Source of the DNA: a virus
Virus record (IMG/VR): IMGVR_UViG_3300042453_005804
Location: 1 to 32,000 of that record
Strand: one strand, 5' to 3'
Length of the DNA: 32,000 nucleotides
The first letter of the stretch is position 1. The number at the start of each line of letters is the position of its first letter. The position numbers and the translations under genes were made by a program. The notes under the pieces are model-generated. The model made no database searches. It had not been told where the DNA came from and was given only the letters and a program-made list of their open reading frames with translations. Positions 26,129 to 32,000 of this stretch are shown here, in pieces.

Positions 26129-26827
26129 TTAAAAATCCATTGCAATGTCGAAGGCCATGAATCCTGCATCGAGAAGCTCTGTCTCTATCTCTTCTCGGCG
26201 GCGACCCGTTGCATCGATCATCTTCAACGCTCTTTCATGATTATTGGTCAATCGATCAAGAAGTGCGGCTTCTCCTCCGGGTCCCTTATAGGCAGCATTG
26301 AGAAATTCTTCGTCATGTGATGTAAAGCAATCATCATTGGGATCTTCAGTGTGATGCTTGTCATGATGAGGATCCGTCCCAGGCTTTGGATGGCTGGCGT
26401 CGTCGAGAGGTAACATTTTGCCTGGACCTGCTTTCAATGAATATTTCTTCCACGCTGCTGTGGCCGAAGGTGACACACTTGACCTATCTGGCACGACCAA
26501 CCCCGTAGGGGACATGGCATAAGCAAGACCGTACATGATCTTCCCAGGTCCTGTGATGCCTCGAATCATCCAAGCGCCTCTGCATGGCGCTCCTCGAGGT
26601 TCGGATATCTGAACTATGCCTACGACTTTAAGAGTGTCGAGACGACGTCTACCCAACGCGGTTATCAACGCATCGACGTTATAGACCACTGCGGTACGTG
26701 AGGTTCCCGTGTCTGAGACCACCGCGGCCATGTCTGAGGTAATGAGATCGTCGAGGTTTTCAAACAAAGTAGGTCGCACGATTTCTTCTCTTATAATTTT
26801 TCTCAATTGTGACAACCTGATCTTCAT
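26129..26827 (-). CDS. N-tag family protein, paralogue group P (232 aa)
   Basis: MKIRLSQLRKIIREEIVR, then CRGAWMI, GPGKIMYGLAYAMSPTGLVVPDR, PNDDC, EEFLNAAY. Confidence 0.8.
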   Translation of the reverse strand: MKIRLSQLRKIIREEIVRPTLFENLDDLITSDMAAVVSDTGTSRTAVVYNVDALITALGRRRLDTLKVVGIVQISEPRGAPCRGAWMIRGITGPGKIMYGLAYAMSPTGLVVPDRSSVSPSATAAWKKYSLKAGPGKMLPLDDASHPKPGTDPHHDKHHTEDPNDDCFTSHDEEFLNAAYKGPGGEAALLDRLTNNHERALKMIDATGRRREEIETELLDAGFMAFDIAMDF

Positions 26828-26890
26828 TTCTCACCCTAGCTCGTCTATATAATTATCAATTACTTTGAAGCATATAATTATTGAGAGAAA

Positions 26891-27403
26891 ATGACAAGAA
26901 CTCAGATTAGAGGTGGGCAAATACAGGATGGGACAATAACTTCCGATGATTTAGCTGATAATGTTACATTTACCAACGTTACTGTATCTGGTTCTCTTGC
27001 GGTCTCAGGATCCACGATTGTAGACGGTCCTCTAGAGATAACTGGCGGTTCTTCGATGGCTTTTGAAATGACTGGTTCTTTTTCAATGACTGGCGGAGAT
27101 TTCATCATTGATGATGTCGGATCTTTGGTTGTGACAGGTTCTTTACTGGTAACTGGGGAGATATCGTTGAGCAGTGGTTCTAACGTTCCGATGGGGACAT
27201 TGATCTTAAATGGAAGCAATCCTGTCACGATATCCAATACTCTTGCAAAAACTTCTTCTATGATTTTTTTGACGAAACAGTCCGCAACGTACCCAGCTGG
27301 TACACCTCTTGTGTCTTCTAAGTCCAACGGCAGCTTTACGGTGGTTTCGAGCGCAGCAGGAGATTCTGATACAGCTTCTTATCTGATAATCAATCCAGCA
27401 TGA
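26891..27403 (+). CDS. Gly/Ser/Thr-rich beta-repeat protein, fibre- or structural-like
   Basis: N-terminus TRTQIRGGQIQDGTITSDDLADN followed by repetitive (V/I)TGS segments; TATAAT box 13 nt upstream of the start region. Confidence 0.55.
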   Translation: MTRTQIRGGQIQDGTITSDDLADNVTFTNVTVSGSLAVSGSTIVDGPLEITGGSSMAFEMTGSFSMTGGDFIIDDVGSLVVTGSLLVTGEISLSSGSNVPMGTLILNGSNPVTISNTLAKTSSMIFLTKQSATYPAGTPLVSSKSNGSFTVVSSAAGDSDTASYLIINPA

Positions 27404-27459
27404 GTATAACATTTTTGTTGTCGTGAAATAACTAGATCAAATGGTGTAGAATAAATTCC

Positions 27460-28026
27460 ATGGAACGACTAGATCGTATCATGGAAGCGTGTCAGTGGGT
27501 TAATTCAAAAGGCGTCGGAACTCGAGACGCATGCAAAGTAACGACTCGAGTAAGATGGGCGGACTGGGATAAGAAAGAATTTTCTCCTGCAATGTGCGTT
27601 CTTTGGTACTCTGAGACGAGAAAAGAAGGTAACGAATATGACACCTTTTGGATCCCCTCACCAGACATTTGGATTGCAAAAGTTGCTCATTATCTTGATG
27701 TTACGGAGGAATGGGTCAAGCAATTCGTCGATCAATGTTCGAATTCGTCGATTCGTCCCTGGCGATGGGATCTAAAAGTATCATTTTTGGAATCTGAAAG
27801 CGGAAAGGTTTGCAGACCCCAAATCGTTTGGGAAAAAGTCATGCTGCCAACGGTCGGCGTATTTCCTGAGTCTATCTTCTGCCTGAACAATTATGGAGAC
27901 AAAAATGAAGGTACGCAACAAATTCCGTACTGGACGAAAAATCCTCCGGTAGAATTATATGAGAGCAAGTTATTGTCTGCGGTGCGCGACTTGTTCGAAG
28001 CAAGAAAAGCTGCTGAGATAGATTGA
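27460..28026 (+). CDS. hypothetical protein, 188 aa
   Basis: Track ORF; followed by bidirectional terminator 28046-28078. Confidence 0.65.
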   Translation: MERLDRIMEACQWVNSKGVGTRDACKVTTRVRWADWDKKEFSPAMCVLWYSETRKEGNEYDTFWIPSPDIWIAKVAHYLDVTEEWVKQFVDQCSNSSIRPWRWDLKVSFLESESGKVCRPQIVWEKVMLPTVGVFPESIFCLNNYGDKNEGTQQIPYWTKNPPVELYESKLLSAVRDLFEARKAAEID

Positions 28027-28045
28027 AATAACAATCTTGACGTGC

Positions 28046-28078
28046 AAAGGCCTTGAATTCTTATTCAAGGCCTTTTTT
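28046..28078. terminator. bidirectional rho-independent terminator
   Basis: AAAGGCCTTGAA (28046-57) pairs with TTCAAGGCCTTT (28065-76), 7-nt loop, T run on plus and A run before. The right arm encodes the C-terminus of 28061..28285. Confidence 0.7.
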
Positions 28079-28285
28079 CTTTGCTAACATAGTTTGTTCA
28101 TTCCATTCTTCTATTTTCCAATTACACTGTTCTAACAATGACTCGAACGTGATTCGAACGAAATAATCTCTTACAATATTTGGTTTTATGTGTTTAAGAG
28201 CGTTATAGATGCACCACCACGCATCGTGAAGATCTTTATATGAGGGTTCTCTAGCATTTTGCTTGGATGTCTTTCGAATCTTCAT
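28061..28285 (-). CDS. hypothetical protein, 74 aa
   Basis: Track ORF. Confidence 0.5.
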   Translation of the reverse strand: MKIRKTSKQNAREPSYKDLHDAWWCIYNALKHIKPNIVRDYFVRITFESLLEQCNWKIEEWNEQTMLAKKKGLE

Positions 28286-28384
28286 AAAGAATATGTATGA
28301 ATCGTAACAAGAATGCGCGGCGTTGTCGATTAAAAAGCTGTATTTTACCGTTTGTTCGCCGAAACGTGAGTTCCTACATATTCT

Positions 28385-28594
28385 ATGCGATTTAAGAACG
28401 AGATTGCAGACCCTGCCACCTGGAGTAGCGAAGAAATTTCAGCCTTGTGGAAATTGATGGATCAATTAAGAGAAAAGTCAAAAGCAGAAGGTTGGGAGGA
28501 GGAATTTTTATCCAATGTGAAGGAATGGGCAGATTCCTGTGGAAAATTTCCTGTTGAATGGTTAAAAATGAGGAGAAAAGATTGGAAGCTGTGA
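28385..28594 (+). CDS. hypothetical protein, 69 aa
   Basis: Track ORF. Confidence 0.5.
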   Translation: MRFKNEIADPATWSSEEISALWKLMDQLREKSKAEGWEEEFLSNVKEWADSCGKFPVEWLKMRRKDWKL

Positions 28595-28604
28595 CTTTTA
28601 ACTT

Positions 28605-29435
28605 CTAGTTTTTTAATCCTCTTTTTGATATCGGCATTGCGTGATAAATTCTCATAAACAGCATAGATGCCACTTTTGACAGATAATCAGCAGCAAAGTC
28701 TGGAGACCATCCAAGATACTTCTGCACGTATCTGTTCAGCATCTCCATAGATTCTTTGTGATGATTCTTCAACCTGTTAACATCGATGGAAGCACCACCA
28801 TATGAGTAATCGAGGAACTCCTCTTTAGGACGTTGACCCTTGTGATTCCAGACTTCGCAGTCATCAGATGGATCATCAGGCGTTCTTCTTTTTTTCATAG
28901 GAAGAAGATTGTCGTCAAGTGGTTTTTTCTCAATGTCGCCGCGTTGACCTAAGGTCACATACATTGGTCTAGCATCATCACTTACCGCTGTTCTATCAGA
29001 TATGATTCTGCCTGAAGGTGAGAATTGCATGGCTATTATGTACAATAATGGTCCGTACTTCTCTTTTGCAAAGACATATTTGACGACCATGGCATCATTG
29101 CACCTATCAGGCGCTTTGTCTATAACAATCATGCCAACGATGCTATTTTCAGTGGCGTCAGCTATGGCCTGTGTGTCTCCTCCCTTACCTTCTTCTGTGT
29201 TCAAGCTGGCTAACACATTACCGACAAATACGTTTGTTTTATAGAGAACTATTGCAATTCCCGTATCTCCATATTTTTCAGTTAGAAGCCCTACGTCTTT
29301 TTTGGCAGCACTCGCAAGTTTTTCAGCGATTTTTTTTGCGTAATCTATTTGCTGAGCTGAAAGCTGCTTATCTTCTTCAGCCTCTTTTAAGAGTCTTTTG
29401 TAGATTTTCTCTAGAACGTAATTGCTTCTTTTCAT
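28605..29435 (-). CDS. paralogue group P protein (about 276 aa) with weak N-tag
   Basis: Shares CNDAMVV, GPLLYIIAMQFSPSGRIISDR, PSDDC, EEFLDYSY with 24021 and 26129. Start is either ATG 29435 (MKRSNYVLEKIYKRLLKEAEE) or TTG 29471. Confidence 0.7.
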   Translation of the reverse strand: MKRSNYVLEKIYKRLLKEAEEDKQLSAQQIDYAKKIAEKLASAAKKDVGLLTEKYGDTGIAIVLYKTNVFVGNVLASLNTEEGKGGDTQAIADATENSIVGMIVIDKAPDRCNDAMVVKYVFAKEKYGPLLYIIAMQFSPSGRIISDRTAVSDDARPMYVTLGQRGDIEKKPLDDNLLPMKKRRTPDDPSDDCEVWNHKGQRPKEEFLDYSYGGASIDVNRLKNHHKESMEMLNRYVQKYLGWSPDFAADYLSKVASMLFMRIYHAMPISKRGLKN

Positions 29436-29442
29436 GTCTGAC

Positions 29443-29739
29443 TCACTTGTTCTTTTCGTCGTTTTTTTCAAATTTGTCTTTTACTCTCTTCAGTCTAGAG
29501 TCATCGTCGATGTAATTGTAAAGAGTTCTTGTAGAGACATCTAATGTTTCAGCCGCGTCAGAAACGGATCCTTGCTCATCTGCAAGAGCATTCCTAATCT
29601 CTATGTCAGCTGAACTAGGATCTACTATCTTTTTTGCCCCTATTTTCGTAATTCCTCCGCCCGGTTTTTTCTTCTCTAATATGATTTCTCTTATCAATTT
29701 CCTGAGAAGATTTTCCGTTACTTTTCCAGGTGAACTCAT
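29443..29739 (-). CDS. small Fis-type helix-turn-helix DNA-binding protein
   Basis: C-terminal GSVSDAAETLDVSTRTLYNYI matches the Fis/NtrC-type HTH pattern. N-terminus contains LLRKLIREIILE (tag-like). Confidence 0.65.
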   Translation of the reverse strand: MSSPGKVTENLLRKLIREIILEKKKPGGGITKIGAKKIVDPSSADIEIRNALADEQGSVSDAAETLDVSTRTLYNYIDDDSRLKRVKDKFEKNDEKNK

Positions 29740-29892
29740 GACATTAATTATATTCTACTTCTAAAAGTTTTATTCAGATTAAACGTGCGAACGGAATACA
29801 ACGTACTTAAGTTGATTACATTTGAGCAACCTCCATATTTAAGGAGGCAGCGTCTTGAATATTCGCTGACGAATTAGAAAGGTAGACATGAT

Positions 29893-30354
29893 ATGTTGAA
29901 AGAAGCACTTATTGCCCTCGCTCTTACGCTTTCGGGTGGCGGAGCAGAGACAAGGGCTCGAACAGCAGTTGATGCCATTTCTGTAGTTATTGCAGACGTG
30001 GATGCGACCGAACTATATCCTGAATTGTCCAATGACCCAAAAGCCGCAAGAGAAAAGCTAGGTAAACTTCTCATCGCTTGGTCATATTGGGAATCGTCAT
30101 GGAAGCATGATGCGTTGGGAGATGGTGGTCGATCCTGTGGAATCATGCAAGTAATGCCGAGGACAGGAGGCGTGTCTTGTGATAAGCTACGTTCCTCAGC
30201 AGTGGCAGGTTTCAAGGCAGGACTAGGCGTGATTCGTTCGTTAAATAAAACCTGTGGAGGTCTTCGACCAGCTCTTGGTGCATACGCATCAGGTAAATGT
30301 GGTGGTATGAAGACTTTAGTTGAAAAACGTTGCACGAAGTCTGGCGGATGTTGA
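29893..30354 (+). CDS. lytic transglycosylase (SLT domain) with signal peptide
   Basis: WESSWKHDALGDGGRSCGIMQV matches the E-S...G.MQ catalytic motif; hydrophobic N-terminus MLKEALIALALTLSGGGA. Confidence 0.75.
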   Translation: MLKEALIALALTLSGGGAETRARTAVDAISVVIADVDATELYPELSNDPKAAREKLGKLLIAWSYWESSWKHDALGDGGRSCGIMQVMPRTGGVSCDKLRSSAVAGFKAGLGVIRSLNKTCGGLRPALGAYASGKCGGMKTLVEKRCTKSGGC

Positions 30355-30479
30355 TACATAGTTATGTATGATGGCCTGAATAATTCGGAAAAATCTTCCA
30401 ATCGAAAACTATTAAGTTATATACAAGATTATTTATTCCAACGATTCAGGACATTGTACTTACTTTTCCAAAGGCAACC

Positions 30480-30905
30480 GTGCCAGGATTACATGAAGTT
30501 TGCGGACTTGAACTTATAGAAAGAATTGCAAAAGAATTTTTTGCAAAAGAAAAAAACCAAGCGAGGGTGTGGTCACCCTCGCTTGGTTGTTGGGGCTTTT
30601 TTGATAAAAGCCCGACAGATTATGACAAGTTATTGATTATCGGTTGCGCAAAAAACGGAGATCCCATACTTCCAGATAGAAGCATAATATGGAAACCTTT
30701 GAATGATGGTGCTTGGGAACCTTATCATTCAATTCCAAATATGTCATTGGGATTAGGGATAGTTCTTGATAAGAAAATTATTGATATCGATGGATCTTCT
30801 AATGTAGCTCTTGGGTTTTTACTAGGTGGAGAAAATACAGGAGTTTTCAACATGTTGATTAAGCAACATGATGTATATAACATTATGTGGAATATGATCG
30901 GTTGA
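30480..30905 (+). CDS. hypothetical protein, start uncertain
   Basis: Track ORF (GTG start, AAAGG 6 nt upstream). Codons 26-45 are occupied by two perfect hairpins at 30555-30613. Alternative in-frame starts are TTG 30633 or ATG 30741. Confidence 0.35.
   Translation: MPGLHEVCGLELIERIAKEFFAKEKNQARVWSPSLGCWGFFDKSPTDYDKLLIIGCAKNGDPILPDRSIIWKPLNDGAWEPYHSIPNMSLGLGIVLDKKIIDIDGSSNVALGFLLGGENTGVFNMLIKQHDVYNIMWNMIG
30555..30613. terminator. tandem perfect hairpins (terminator-like or structured RNA)
   Basis: AACCAAGCGAGGGTG (30555-69) pairs with CACCCTCGCTTGGTT (30574-88), 4-nt loop, A run before. Then GGGCTTTT (30593-600) pairs with AAAAGCCC (30606-13). Confidence 0.5.
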
Positions 30906-31068
30906 TCGATCTAGTAAGAGCAAATGTGATCGTAGTCTAGACTCCAATAACACAGTTCTTGATCAACGAGCGAAAGAGCGTCTTTTCTTTGCTCTTCTTT
31001 AATTTTAAGAGAAATGCCAGAAGCGGTTTTTTCTACGATCGACGAATACAGATCTTTTTCTGATTTTT

Positions 31069-31407
31069 TCATGTTTTTAACTTTGAGTAGAAATCTTGAG
31101 CATCTTTTCTTACATTAGGATTGTGATTTCGCCATGAACCTTTGTGGCCTATGTTCAAATGACACTCGTATTGATCCATACATAAGGTGATCAAGTTTTC
31201 GCTGTCTAGTTCGAAAGAAGGATCAATGTGTACTGGAATTATATGATGAACTTGTATTTTCTTTTTCTTTCCGCATGCCACACACGATTCATTAAGTTCT
31301 AAATGCGCTGCTCTTACCAGCGGCCATAATTTGTCTCTTCTAAGCTCCTTAGATTTTTCTCTAATGGTAGCAAAAAAAACATTAAAGGCATGCTTAAAAG
31401 TATTCAT
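31069..31407 (-). CDS. HNH endonuclease
   Basis: CVACGKKKKIQVHHIIP...NLITLC...CHLNIGH: Cys pairs plus the H-N-H spacing. Confidence 0.8.
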   Translation of the reverse strand: MNTFKHAFNVFFATIREKSKELRRDKLWPLVRAAHLELNESCVACGKKKKIQVHHIIPVHIDPSFELDSENLITLCMDQYECHLNIGHKGSWRNHNPNVRKDAQDFYSKLKT

Positions 31408-31691
31408 GACCTGTATATTGGGCTATGAGGAATCACGTGATAATCTTTTGTATACATGTCTGGAAAGACACCAACGTCGTCTGAAATTGGAGGAACTGGT
31501 CCGTAACAATCTTCGAGATCTACTTCTGGTTCTGAAAGATGCGATATAATTTTTTCATCTTCAGGATCAGCGATAGAACCCAACTGTTCTCTTGAAGTTA
31601 AATCTTGAGAAAGTACATTGCTGATGTGAGGTCCTTCTAACACCTCTCTGATTGTTTCTTTGATATACTCTCTCAAGATTTTGTTTTTCAT
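31404..31691 (-). CDS. hypothetical protein, 95 aa, weak N-tag
   Basis: Track ORF; MKNKILREYIKETIREVLEG; ATGA overlap with the HNH gene. Confidence 0.6.
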   Translation of the reverse strand: MKNKILREYIKETIREVLEGPHISNVLSQDLTSREQLGSIADPEDEKIISHLSEPEVDLEDCYGPVPPISDDVGVFPDMYTKDYHVIPHSPIYRS

Positions 31692-31701
31692 ATGCTTATA
31701 A

Positions 31702-31926
31702 CTAGGATTCTTTAGTAGACTTTTCTTTTTCTGCTACATTCTTAGCGAAACATGACGCTATAGAGTTGCTAATTTCTGCTGTAATGCTTACCATTGTTAC
31801 TAGTGAAAATAAAAACATAGTAAAAAACAAGTAAGGGTGTTCAAGCGCCCATTGAATCATTTCATTCTCCCGTTTATCTGCGCCACGAGATTCGACCTCT
31901 TGTAGTATCGTAGATTGAAACTTCAA
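31702..31926 (-). CDS. small membrane protein, 74 aa
   Basis: Track ORF (TTG start); hydrophobic [21 protein letters not shown]. Confidence 0.45.
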   Translation of the reverse strand: MKFQSTILQEVESRGADKRENEMIQWALEHPYLFFTMFLFSLVTMVSITAEISNSIASCFAKNVAEKEKSTKES

Positions 31927-31934
31927 CTGTTACA

Positions 31935-32000
31935 TCATCCCCTGGTAATACGACGATGTGATTTTGCCTTAACTTTCCTGACAGCGTTGCCAATACAGTC
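31935..32000 (-). CDS. 3' end of a gene entering from the right edge
   Basis: rc frame reads [21 protein letters not shown]-stop, open to the window edge. Only 21 codons are visible. Confidence 0.25.
   Translation of the reverse strand, partial: DCIGNAVRKVKAKSHRRITRG

Noticed and set aside
28042-28050. GTGCAAAGG at 28042-28050 considered as a family promoter inside the AT-rich module
   Set aside because: It has no TAnnnT at +25 and no ATG at +37. The bases belong to the left arm of terminator hairpin 28046-28078.
29874-30401. ORF 29874..30401 (-, 175 aa) and ORF 26902..27327 (-, 141 aa)
   Set aside because: They are antisense to the SLT-domain gene (catalytic E-S..G.MQ motif on the plus strand) and to the fibre-like gene respectively. 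The minus frames have no motifs or start signals.

Overview
The window reads as part of a large dsDNA bacteriophage genome. It has no rRNA or housekeeping operons, about 80 mostly small genes, 13 tRNAs and phage-type enzymes. It falls into three blocks.

- **Block 1 (1-12.05 kb):** about 40 short minus-strand genes, GC-rich (hand count of sample lines about 60%). Nearly every gene or mini-operon is preceded by one rigid promoter, GTGCAAAGT-N15-TAnnnT-N6-ATG, which implies leaderless mRNAs. Recognisable products are a CDA-fold deaminase, an Smr-domain protein, a Sir2 NAD-dependent deacylase, an AT-hook protein and tRNA-Arg(CCU).
- **Block 2 (12.4-22.7 kb):** a plus-strand block leaving a divergent control region at 12.05-12.41 kb. 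It encodes a RadA/Sms-like ATPase (KNRFG motif), a MoxR-type AAA+ ATPase, an ImmA/IrrE-like HExxH peptidase, a J-domain protein, a 12-tRNA array (18.2-20.0 kb), and the VWA plus metallopeptidase partner of MoxR.
- **Block 3 (23.2-32 kb):** an AT-richer module (about 40% GC) that lacks the block-1 promoter and has genes on both strands. It encodes a PAP2 phosphatase, a lytic transglycosylase, an HNH endonuclease, a Fis-type HTH protein, a fibre-like protein and a three-member paralogue family.

The most notable observations are:
- Seven clear and up to ten possible, otherwise unrelated proteins share an N-terminal tag MK(I/L)xLxxLRxIIxEE, a candidate sorting or capsid-targeting signal.
- A four-copy hairpin repeat of about 80 bp has covarying arms.
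- A TGCAACTAGTTGCA palindrome family is present.
- Several tRNAs are non-canonical.

All functional calls rest on motifs read by eye; no database search or software folding was possible.
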